Below the pieces are notes generated by a model. That model did no database searches and had not been told where the DNA came from. It was given only the letters and a program-made list of their open reading frames with translations. A stretch of 63,652 nucleotides of DNA, counting the filler, from Octopus bimaculoides (lineage: Eukaryota), in NCBI RefSeq assembly GCF_001194135.2. It is 6 parts of 6 records of this genome, joined end to end, with 100 filler letters (N's around TTAATTAATTAA, not from the genome) between each part and the next. Parts side by side here need not be neighbours in the genome. Positions count along the whole stretch, not along the records: positions 28,986 to 40,350 come from NC_068986.1; positions 40,451 to 47,258 come from NC_069003.1; positions 47,359 to 56,842 come from NC_069004.1; 3 more parts are not named here. The stretch is one strand, 5' to 3'. Of this stretch, positions 37,075 through 47,560 are shown piece by piece. The position numbers and the translations under genes were made by a program. The stretch's first letter is position 1; each line of letters opens with the position of its first letter.

Positions 37075-38250
37075 TCTATATATATAAAAATGAGAATGTG
37101 TGTCTGTCTGTCTGTGTGTGTGTGTGAATCCCTAAAACTCGAGAACTACGCAACCAATTTCATTCAAATTTTACACATGCCTTAGGGTTCCAGTTGTGTT
37201 TTAGTCAAAAAAAATTTTAACTTCTTGCAGAGTTCGAGCACACAGCAACATAATATCTCCTTCACTATTTAAGTATTGTGTCAAAAGTGAAACAAAAACA
37301 CTCATGTCAAATACTTTCACTTTAAAAATGAAATTATTCCACTAACTGAAACAATCACATTTCTATACTGTAATGACAGATACTTTCAGAGAGAGAGAAA
37401 GAAAGAGAGAGATGTATATGTATACATATNNNNNNNNNNNNNNNNNNNNNNNNNNNNNNNNNNNNNNNNNNNNNNNNNNNNNNNNNNNNNNNNNNNNNNN
37501 NNNNNNNNNNNNNNNNNNNNNNNNNNNNNNNNNNNNNNNNNNNNNNNNNNNNNNNNNNNNNNNNNNNNNNNNNNNNNNNNNNNNNNNNNNNNNNNNNNNN
37601 NNNNNNNNNNNNNNNNNNNNNNNNNNNNNNNNNNNNNNNNNNNNNNNNNNNNNNNNNNNNNNNNNNNNNNNNNNNNNNNNNNNNNNNNNNNNNNNNNNNN
37701 NNNNNNNNNNNNNNNNNNNNNNNNNNNNNNNNNNNNNNNNNNNNNNNNNNNNNNNNNNNNNNNNNNNNNNNNNNNNNNNNNNNNNNNNNNNNNNNNNNNN
37801 NNNNNNNNNNNNNNNNNNNNNNNNNNNNNNNNNNNNNNNNNNNNNNNNNNNNNNNNNNNNNNNNNNNNNNNNNNNNNNNNNNNTATACGTACATTGTGAT
37901 TTCTGCAATGTGGTGCATAAATTGTCAAGTAAATGAGACGCATCTTTGCCTCCACTGATTCACTTGCAAAGTGTTGAGTAAAATTATTTCGTTGCAGACC
38001 TCCTTTGAGTCTCTTTATTATCACTGCGACACACATAGTCCCCAGTTGGTAACATTGATTTCAAGACCTTCCCAGATGAGAGACTGGCATTCCACTTAAT
38101 GTCTATGTTCCATGCTGGCATGGATTGGAGAGTTATTAATGTAGAAATATGGTATCGTAGCTACTAACAGTTGAGGGTTGCGTAGTCTAGACGGCGTTTT
38201 TAGATTTCATTATTCTTTTTAACCTGGGCAACGCCGGGTATTTCTGCTAG
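37075..38250 (+). mobile_element. Non-autonomous Helitron (contains a gap)
   Basis: A|TCTATATATATAAAA start; 3' hairpin cctgggcaacgccggg; CTAG|T end. Confidence 0.7.
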
Positions 38251-38265
38251 TATATATATATATTA

Positions 38266-38785
38266 ATTAAATTAAAACATTAGGGTAAAAGATTGGATAT
38301 TAATTAATATCAATTTAATACCAGGGAACAAGCACATTAAAAGAGTCAAGGAGATTCAGAAAAAATATCTGAGATCTCAAAAGATTACTGTATATGTATA
38401 TATAAAGGAGACCACTAGGTGGATTGTTAATGTGCTAGAAGAAGATCACATGTAATGTGTCTACTAAGACCGAATTGTTCTCAAAGGAAATTTAGCGAAG
38501 TAACAAACCGTATGCGGGCAACACACGTGAAAATTACATAAATATATACAAAATTATTCGCAAACTAGTTTCGAAATTAACATTTTCTTACCCGAAATAT
38601 CTGTTTCTCATCAGTACGGACCGTTAAATAAATATAATTCTCAGAATTGTATACTAGTTGTTCCCCACGAATGAAGCATGTGTACACGGTTCTGTTAATT
38701 ATATTTATGGTAAGATTCAAAAGTCTTTGTTTTGGCTCACTAAATCCGGGAATATCTCTGCAGAAAATGGTTTCTGCATCGAATA
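38266..38785 (+). mobile_element. Solo PLE terminal-repeat unit (related to 2958-3545)
   Basis: Collinear similarity blocks shared with the minus strand of 3070-3545 (aattaatatcaatttaatacc...gctagaagaagatcac; ctctgcagaaaat..tttctgcatcgaat). Flanked by (TA)n. Confidence 0.8.
38559..38618 (-). ncRNA. Minimal type-I hammerhead ribozyme with intact catalytic core (family H2)
   Basis: Minus: CGUA-CUGAUGA-GAAA(27 nt)UUUC-GAAA-CUAG-UU-UGCG. Stem I CGUA/UGCG, stem II G10.1-C11.1 intact, palindromic stem III ACUAGU. Predicted cleavage after GUU (38563/38562). Confidence 0.8.
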
Positions 38786-38809
38786 TATACACATATATAT
38801 ATATATATA

Positions 38810-38970
38810 TATATATGTATCTATGTGTCTGTGTTTACGTCCCCGTAACTTAGTGGTTTGGCAAAAGACACCGATAGAGTAAGTACTGGGCTTACAAAGA
38901 ATAAGTCCTGGGGTCAATTTCTTCTACTGAAAAGGCAGTGCTCTAGCATGGCCACAATCATATGACTGAA
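38810..38970 (+). mobile_element. Family A SINE 3' half
   Basis: tgtttacgtccccgtaacttagtggtttggcaaaag..accgatag..taagtact..gcttacaaagaataagtcctggggtc...tgactgaaac. A second 3' half follows at ~39010-39220. Confidence 0.8.
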
Positions 38971-40169
38971 ACGTGTAAAAGAATATGTATGTGTGTGTGT
39001 GTATATGTATGTATGTGTGTGTCTTTGTGTTTGTCCCCTACGACCGATTGACAATTGGTGTTTGTGTCACTGTAACTTAGCAGTTTGGCAAAAGAGACCT
39101 ATGGATTAAGTACCAGGCTTACAAACGAAAATAGTACTGGGGTCGATTCATTCGACTTAGCTTTTTCAAGGCGGTCCCAGCATGGCTGCAGTCTAATGAC
39201 TGAAACAAGCATGAGATTAAAAGATATACAAGTTAATTTGTCCCTAGAGACCACTTATAAAGTGAAAATTCATAAAGCAGAGCAATAATTTCCCATAGTA
39301 GCAATGTTATAAATTGTAGTTTGTTACCAGAAAAATATTTTACCTATAAAATTTATAACACTTGTAAATAAATGGCGATAAAACAACAGTAGAATGTAAA
39401 GAATAGTTTATGTAAAGTAAAAAGAATGTCAAGATCATTTATAATTAAAAAAATATTATTATCATTTTTCTAAATCACTTCACTAGACTCATGCACACCA
39501 TTACTCGTAGATGCAATCACCAATTTACAAGCACTTGTAGACGGACTTGTAGATTTTTTTTAAAAAACAAGTCTAGAATTGTTTACTTAGACGAAGCTTT
39601 TTTTTTTTGGCTCTCTATAAATTTGTTGGTAACACAGAGAAGCATCTTTTATAGTAGAAACCTTTGCACTGCATTCAAAATTTGGATCTTAGCTGTTTAA
39701 CCTTTTTATATTTATCATAAAATATATCTCATAATACTGGAGTCTTGTAAAGTGAGGTATTAGTGTATATTGTGGTACAAAATTACCATTGACACTTATG
39801 TTAGAAATCTGGAGATTCTAACATGTCATGTATTAGGTTAATTGGATAATGTACCTAATTCCAAACTAAAATGTAATTAACCACTAAGATATTTACATAC
39901 GTTTATCATTGTCATCATCATTTGAATGTGCACATTCCATGCCTGCATGAGTCGGACAGAGTTTATTGAGGCAGATTTCCTACAACTGGATACCTTTCTG
40001 GTTGTCAACCTCACCTGTTTCCAGCCAAGGTAATAAATTCCCCATGGCAAGACATGTTTTTGCAAAATATTGCAAATGAATGACACTGCTTGTATGACAG
40101 TGACACTCATTTACAACTCTATCACATGATGACAAGACAAGGAGGCACGAACATACACATATACACACA

Positions 40170-40350
40170 CATCATCATCATCATCATCATCGTTTAACGT
40201 CCGCTTTCCATGCTAGCATGGGTTGGACGATTTGACTGAGGACTGGTGAAACCGGATGGCAACACCAGGCTCCAGTCTGATTTGGCAGAGTTTCTACAGC
40301 TGGATGCCCTTCCTAACGCCAACCACTCAGAGAGTGTAGTGGGTGCTTTT
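40170..40350 (+). repeat. Interspersed repeat family C
   Basis: (CAT)n-cgtttaacgtccgctttccatgctagcatgggttggacg...ggatgcccttcctaacgccaaccac; runs into a gap. Confidence 0.75.
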
Positions 40351-40450
40351 NNNNNNNNNNNNNNNNNNNNNNNNNNNNNNNNNNNNNNNNNNNNTTAATT
40401 AATTAANNNNNNNNNNNNNNNNNNNNNNNNNNNNNNNNNNNNNNNNNNNN

Positions 40451-40495
<45 letters not shown>

Positions 40496-40910
40496 GCCGT
40501 CTTAACAGGACTGAAAACATGTTGGCTCCTGGCCTAAGCCTGATTTCACGGGTTTTAAGTTGAAAGACAAATAAGTGCACTACGTAGTATGGTGTGAGTA
40601 TATATATATATGCATATATATATATAGCTGTGTATGCGTGCTTATGAGAGAATAAGAGAGAGATAAAGAGAGAAATGTGTGTGAAAGAGGGGGAGAGAGG
40701 GGAATGTGTGCGTGAGAGAAAGAGAAATACGTGAAAAAGAAAGAGAGAAATGAGTGAGAAATATGTGTGTGAGTGTGAGTGAAAACGAAAAGTGTGTGTA
40801 AGAGAGAGTGAGAGGGAGAAAGAGAGAGAGAAAGGATAAAAGGCAAAGATGTCAGTGTAGGTGTGAGAGACAGAGAAAAAGAGAATGAGGCAAAAGTGAC
40901 TTTGTATCTG

Positions 40911-41118
40911 CGAGAGACAGAGAGAAAAGGAGAGAGACAGAGAGAAAAGGAGAGAGACAGAGAGAAAAGGAGAGAGACAGAGAGAAAAGGAGAGAGACAG
41001 AGAGAAAAGGCGAGAGACAGAGAGAAAAGGCAAGAGACAGAGAGAAAAGGAGAGAGACAGAGAGAAAAGGAGAGAGACAGAGAAAAAAGGAGAGAGAAAA
41101 GGAGAGAGACGGAGAAAA
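40911..41118. repeat. 20-bp minisatellite (AGAGAGACAGAGAGAAAAGG), nine full units plus partials
   Basis: Directly visible period-20 array. Confidence 0.95.
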
Positions 41119-41434
41119 ATGAGCGGGTTAAAAATCGTCTGTTTATGCTTGTATGAAGTATAATTCATCGGTTCTTGCCGAAAGATAAGACGTTTCACAG
41201 CCAAAAAGGTTTTCTGTGATCCTAGCTTAATACTTGGAATAAATATCACACAAACGTCTGCAATTATTTCATCAAAACAGAACTATACAATATGAATAAT
41301 TCCAGAATCTTCTATGAAATGTGTTTTAAAAACACCAACTACATTCAGATTGTTATTTTACTGTTATTATCTTTCTGATTATTTCACCGATATTCTTCTG
41401 TCGAATTTTCAGTTAGTTTTTCTTCTACTCGAAT

Positions 41435-41610
41435 ATTCCTTTTCTACTCTAGGTACAAGGCTCGAAATTTTGGGGAAGGGGGGGGGGCAGTCGATTAGAT
41501 CGACCCAGTACGCAACTGGTACTTAATTTATCAACCCCGAAAGGATAAAAAGTAAAGTCGACCTCGGTGGAATTTGAACTCGGAACGTAAAGACAGACGA
41601 AATACCGCTT
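41435..41610 (-). mobile_element. SINE monomer with tail Y (5'-truncated)
   Basis: Reverse complement matches the second monomer of the dimers (tcgtctgtctttacg..gagttcaaattcc...cttgtacctagagtagaaa). Confidence 0.8.
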
Positions 41611-41682
41611 TTAACCACTTGGATATTAATTCTATCAGGGCGTAGTTGGTTGAAAATAATTGACCGAAAACAATTGCCGAAG

Positions 41683-41850
41683 CCTGAGTTCAAATTCCGC
41701 CGAAGTCGACTTTGCCCTTCATCCTTTCGGGGTCGATAAATTAAGTACCAGTTACGCACTGGGATCGATGTAATCGACTTAATCCCTTTGTCTGTTCTTG
41801 TTTGTCCTCTCTATGTTTAGCCCCTTGTGGGCAAATAAAGAAATAAAAAT
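41683..41850 (+). mobile_element. SINE monomer with tail X (5'-truncated)
   Basis: ctgagttcaaattccgccgaagtcgactttgcc...ctatgtttagccccttgtgggcaaataaagaaat. Confidence 0.8.
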
Positions 41851-42189
41851 ATAAAATACAGAAATGGTAAAAATATAAAACTTGCAGCAATACAAATCTA
41901 ACAGAAATCTCTTAATCTACAGTGGAGTGGAGAGTTAATTAATTCATGTCGTAATGACGAAAACAGACAGAGCATGCGTCATTTTCTCTTAAAAGCAATC
42001 TAACTCCACGCTATTAGACATCTGATAAAAGACTGATTCGCAACAATTGCAATCCATTGTTCAGTTTTTCATATTCTTCGACTGAATCTCCAAAACATAT
42101 AATCAGACTGAAGCAGCAGGTATGTGCGGTTCTTTGTTGGTAAATTGATCAGATTCATGCGTCATCTAATAATAATAATAACAATAATG

Positions 42190-42221
<32 letters not shown>

Positions 42222-42516
42222 TTGTGGTGTTGAGGTTATGAGCGAAATATACTTTTGTCTATAGATTACCATTTAATTGACGTTTTAGTGGTGGTGGTGG
42301 TGGTGGTGGTGCTGTTGCTGCTGCTGCTTTTTAGTCTCAGGTGTCGAAGACAATGGAATTGGTTGAGATGGTCAACATTGTTACTGAAGAGAGAAATATG
42401 GACGAAGCACTGGAAGATTGTGCCAAAAAAAATCATTTTAAAGCGTTGAACGTGATAAGACAGCTGATGAACGTAGGGCTACATGTGTAGATGTATACAT
42501 GTTCGTGTCCATCTAA

Positions 42517-42817
42517 GGCGTAGGAGTGGCTGTGTGGTAAGTAGCTTGCTTACCAACCACATGGTTCCAGGTTCAGTCCCACTGCGTGGCACCTTGGGCA
42601 AGTGTCTTCTACTATAGCCTCGGGCCGACCAAAGCCTTGTGAGTAGATTTGGTAGACGGAAACTGAAAGAAGCCCGTCGTATATATGTTACATATATATA
42701 TGTGTGTGTGTGTGTATATGTTTGTGTGTCTGTGTTTGTCCCCCAACATCGCTTGACAACCGATGCTGGTGTGTTTACGTCCCCGTAACCTAGTGCGTCG
42801 GCATAAGAGACCGATAG
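42517..42817 (+). mobile_element. Family A SINE, best-preserved copy (runs into a gap)
   Basis: ggcgtaggagtggctgtgtggtaag...ggttcagtcccactgcgtggcaccttgggcaagtgtc (MIR/CORE-like motif), internal (TA)(GT) tract, 3' half; CpGs retained. Confidence 0.88.
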
Positions 42818-43476
42818 NNNNNNNNNNNNNNNNNNNNNNNNNNNNNNNNNNNNNNNNNNNNNNNNNNNNNNNNNNNNNNNNNNNNNNNNNNNNNNNNNNN
42901 NNNNNNNNNNNNNNNNNNNNNNNNNNNNNNNNNNNNNNNNNNNNNNNNNNNNNNNNNNNNNNNNNNNNNNNNNNNNNNNNNNNNNNNNNNNNNNNNNNNN
43001 NNNNNNNNNNNNNNNNNNNNNNNNNNNNNNNNNNNNNNNNNNNNNNNNNNNNNNNNNNNNNNNNNNNNNNNNNNNNNNNNNNNNNNNNNNNNNNNNNNNN
43101 NNNNNNNNNNNNNNNNNNNNNNNNNNNNNNNNNNNNNNNNNNNNNNNNNNNNNNNNNNNNNNNNNNNNNNNNNNNNNNNNNNNNNNNNNNNNNNNNNNNN
43201 NNNNNNNNNNNNNNNNNNNNNNNNNNNNNNNNNNNNNNNNNNNNNNNNNNNNNNNNNNNNNNNNNNNNNNNNNNNNNNNNNNNNNNNNNNNNNNNNNNNN
43301 NNNNNNNNNNNNNNNNNNNNNNNNNNNNNNNNNNNNNNNNNNNNNNNNNNNNNNNNNNNNNNNNNNNNNNNNNNNNNNNNNNNNNNNNNNNNNNNNNNNN
43401 NNNNNNNNNNNNNNNNNNNNNNNNNNNNNNNNNNNNNNNNNNNNNNNNNNNNNNTATATATATATATATATATGAT

Positions 43477-43670
43477 AAATTAAACAATAGGGTAAAAAAT
43501 TGGATATTAATTAATATCAATTTAATACCAGGAAACCAGCACATTAAAAGAATCAGGGGGATTCAGAAAAAATATCTGAGTTCTCTAAGGATTATTGTAT
43601 ATGTGTATATGAAAATATATATATAAAGGAAGCCACTAGGTGGACTGCTAATGTGCTAGAAGAAGATCAC
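43477..43670 (+). mobile_element. PLE terminal-repeat fragment (same family as 38266-38450 and 3240-3425)
   Basis: aatagggtaaaa..ttggatattaattaatatcaatttaataccaggaaaccagcacattaaaagaatc...gctaatgtgctagaagaagatcac. Confidence 0.8.
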
Positions 43671-44212
43671 GTGTGTGTGTTTGCGCGCGTACGGGTATAA
43701 TCGGTAAAAATTACAAACTGACTCAAAAGTCGGCAGTTTCGTGCATTTTCCAAACTGGCTTTCAAATTTAGAAGCTTAATCTCACGGTTTATCATCCGAT
43801 TTAATCCTTCGGGTAGGAGCCACCGTACGAAAAGCTTCATTCGTTAGCTTCCGAAATGGATGGAGTAAAACACTCGGTATTGAAATACGATCTGCCGCAA
43901 CCTGCATCCATGAACATGAACAACAATAAAACTAACAGCAATAATAACTAACACCTCAATAACTATATAAACAGCGGCCATTTCCTATGAGATATATATA
44001 CATCTAATGAGTTCCGTACACCATGATTATGCTGATTAGCTCAACGGAATTAATGATTCTGGAATAACTATGACTTTGATTAGGTTCTCTACCGAGATTA
44101 ATACGCATTTTATTTCATATAGAATGGAGATTGCTGCCGTTTAAAAGCTATTCAAAATGGCAACATACACACACACACACACACACACGCACACACACGC
44201 ACACGCACACAC

Positions 44213-44259
<47 letters not shown>

Positions 44260-44965
44260 AGAACATTATTATTCATAATAAATAATAATATTAGTGGCCG
44301 CAAGCATNNNNNNNNNNNNNNNNNNNNNNNNNNNNNNNNNNNNNNNNNNNNNNNNNNNNNNNNNNNNNNNNNNNNNNNNNNNNNNNNNNNNNNNNNNNNN
44401 NNNNNNNNNNNNNNNNNNNNNNNNNNNNNNNNNNNNNNNNNNNNNNNNNNNNNNNNNNNNNNNNNNNNNNNNNNNNNNNNNNNNNNNNNNNNNNNNNNNN
44501 NNNNNNNNNNNNNNNNNNNNNNNNNNNNNNNNNNNNNNNNNNNNNNNNNNNNNNNNNNNNNNNNNNNNNNNNNNNNNNNNNNNNNNNNNNNNNNNNNNNN
44601 NNNNNNNNNNNNNNNNNNNNNNNNNNNNNNNNNNNNNNNNNNNNNNNNNNNNNNNNNNTAGATGCCCCTCACACTACAGTATCTGGCTGATAATCTCTTT
44701 TTTCTTTATTGACCCCCGAAAAGATCGAAACGAAGAAAGGCAAATGTCTCTCTTTATGATCCAGGTTCAATTCCCGTCGAAGTCGACTTCGTCTTTGATC
44801 CTTTCCTGGTGGATAAAGTAAAGAAGTACCAGTACGACCGATGTTATCAATTAGCCCCTCCCTCAAATTTTAGTAGAAAAAATTATTATTATTATTATTC
44901 TTTTTATTATTATTATTATTATTATCAATAATAATAATAATGATAATAATAATAATAATAATAAT

Positions 44966-45176
44966 GTGGTGAGCTGGCGGGATCGTTAGCCCACTGGACG
45001 TAATGCTTACCAGTTATTCGCGTGTCACTACGTTCTGAGTTCAAATTCCGCCGAGGTCGACTTTTACCCTTCACCCTTCGGGGTCAATAAATTTAGGACC
45101 AGTGAAACACTGGGGTCAGTATAATCGTCTAGACTCCTCCCCACGAAATTCAGGCCTTACGCCTAGAGTAGAAAGG

Positions 45177-45235
<59 letters not shown>

Positions 45236-45450
45236 GGTGGTGAGCTGGCAGAATCGTTAGCACGCCGGGCGAAATGCTTAGCGATACTTTGTCTACTGCT
45301 ACCTTCTGAGTTCAAATTCCGCCGAGGTCGACTTTACTTTTCATCCTTTCGAGGTCGATAAACTAAGTACCAGTTTGCGTACTGGAGTCGATCTCAACGA
45401 CTGGCCCTCTCCCCAAAAATTTCGGGCCTTGTGCCTAGAGTAGAAAAGAT
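44966..45450 (+). mobile_element. Two tandem full-head SINE copies with tail Y and (TTA)n tails
   Basis: 44966-45178 and 45236-45450, each gg(t)gagctggc..B box GTTCAAATTCC..cctagagtagaaa followed by (TTA)n. A rearranged third copy lies at ~44690-44880. Confidence 0.85.
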
Positions 45451-45706
45451 TATTATTATTGTTGTTGTTATCATTATTATTATTATCATTATTATTATTA
45501 GTAGTAGTAGTAGTGGTAGTAGTAGCAGAAGCAGCAGTAGTAGTAGTAGTAGTTGTTGTTGTAACAGCAGCAGCAGCAGGTCTTAAATCACCTGAGGTGT
45601 GTGTGAGCGACGTGACTGATAATTTGTAAATATATGATTTTGTATGTATGTGCATACGTACACACAGACGTTCATACACACACGCACACCACACACACAC
45701 TATATA

Positions 45707-45761
<55 letters not shown>

Positions 45762-46438
45762 NNNNNNNNNNNNNNNNNNNNNNNNNNNNNNNNNNNNNNN
45801 NNNNNNNNNNNNNNNNNNNNNNNNNNNNNNNNNNNNNNNNNNNNNNNNNNNNNNNNNNNNNNNNNNNNNNNNNNNNNNNNNNNNNNNNNNNNNNNNNNNN
45901 NNNNNNNNNNNNNNNNNNNNNNNNNNNNNNNNNNNNNNNNNNNNNNNNNNNNNNNNNNNNNNNNNNNNNNNNNNNNNNNNNNNNNNNNNNNNNNNNNNNN
46001 NNNNNNNNNNNNNNNNNNNNNNNNNNNNNNNNNNNNNNNNNNNNNNNNNNNNNNNNNNNNNNNNNNNNNNNNNNNNNNNNNNNNNNNNNNNNNNNNNNNN
46101 NNNNNNNNNNNNNNNNNNNNNNNNNNNNNNNNNNNNNNNNNNNNNNNNNNNNNNNNNNNNNNNNNNNNNNNNNNNATATATATGTGTGTGTGTATATATA
46201 TATATGTGTATATATATATATATGTGTGTATATATATATATGTGTGTATATATATATATGTGTGTATATATATATGTATATGTATATATATATGTATGTA
46301 TATATATATATGTATGTATATATATATATGTGTATATATATATATGTATGTATATATATATATATATATATGTGTGTATATATATATATGTGTATATATA
46401 TATATGTATGTATATATATATATATATATATATGTGTG

Positions 46439-46486
<48 letters not shown>

Positions 46487-47074
46487 CGTGTGTGTGTATG
46501 CATATATATATATATGTATGCATGCATACATTCACGCATATTGTTCGCACACATTTTATGTCTGATTTTCAAAGAGAGATTTTCAATAAGAAGAACTTTC
46601 TATTAATAATTGAAAACGTTATTAAAGAGAAGCACAGTGTTTGGTAAATCATTGATGCAGAATACTTCTGCTAATTCCGGTCATCTGGAACTCTAATGTG
46701 AACGGCTAATCAGTCGTTTATCTAAACTGAATTTTGTCTCTTAATAATTATTGGGCGAACACAATGAAGCAATCCACAGCAGATATCTTAATAACGAATG
46801 AACAGATATTGAAGTATGCAGGTAAAGAGAACGACTGGCTGCATGCAATGGAGTCTTGCTTTTAATGGCGTAATAGAGAAGAGGAGCAGAATATGTGGAG
46901 GATATTGTTGTTGTAGCTGCCGTTGTTGTTGTTGTATAGTCCTAGCTTAACCTCAGATCGAGCAGACAGACGTATGATATTGACGGACAAGCAATAGAGC
47001 CGTGACTACCCTTTATGTAAGTGTGTGTGTGTGTGTGTGTATAAGAAAATAAGATGACAAAAGAATAAACGATT

Positions 47075-47147
47075 AGCTTACAGCTGTTTCTGTAATAAGA
47101 TGCAGTGAACTCATAGATGAGTGCCTGAGTAAAGCTTCATCAGAGCC
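47075..47147 (-). ncRNA. Hammerhead-like motif (family H3)
   Basis: Minus: GGCU-CUGAUGA-ag...ca-GAAA-CAGCUG-UA-AGCU. Palindromic stem III ACAGCUGU; stem II base pairing is poor. Confidence 0.55.
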
Positions 47148-47381
47148 TCGAATAAGCGTTTGCAAGCATATATATATATTGAGTTTTACACCAGGTTCTT
47201 AGTCTCACAATGCCTAAACCATATATATGTATATATATATGTATATGTATATATATATNNNNNNNNNNNNNNNNNNNNNNNNNNNNNNNNNNNNNNNNNN
47301 NNTTAATTAATTAANNNNNNNNNNNNNNNNNNNNNNNNNNNNNNNNNNNNNNNNNNNNGTGGTGGTGGTGGTGGTGAGGCG

Positions 47382-47560
47382 CAAACACAGACACAAAGAC
47401 ACCCAAATTCATGTACAACAGGCTTCTTTCAATTTCTTTCTACTAAATCCACTCATAAAGCTGTGGTCGGTCCCAGGTTATTGTAGAAGACAGTGCGACT
47501 GAACCCGAAACCCTGTGGTTTGCAAGTTAACTTCTTACCACACAGCCACGTCTGCACCTA
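47382..47560 (-). mobile_element. Family A SINE 5' part, internally deleted
   Basis: Reverse complement: gtggctgtgtggtaagaag...gggttcagtcgcac..tcttctacaata..gggaccgacc. Confidence 0.7.

Noticed and set aside
40911-41118. Regular repeat array considered as CRISPR
   Set aside because: Contiguous tandem units with no unique spacers, in eukaryotic DNA with no cas genes.
40395-41249. 284-aa ORF with repeated SLSLSFSLCL units
   Set aside because: Antisense reading of the 20-bp GA-rich minisatellite and a gap.
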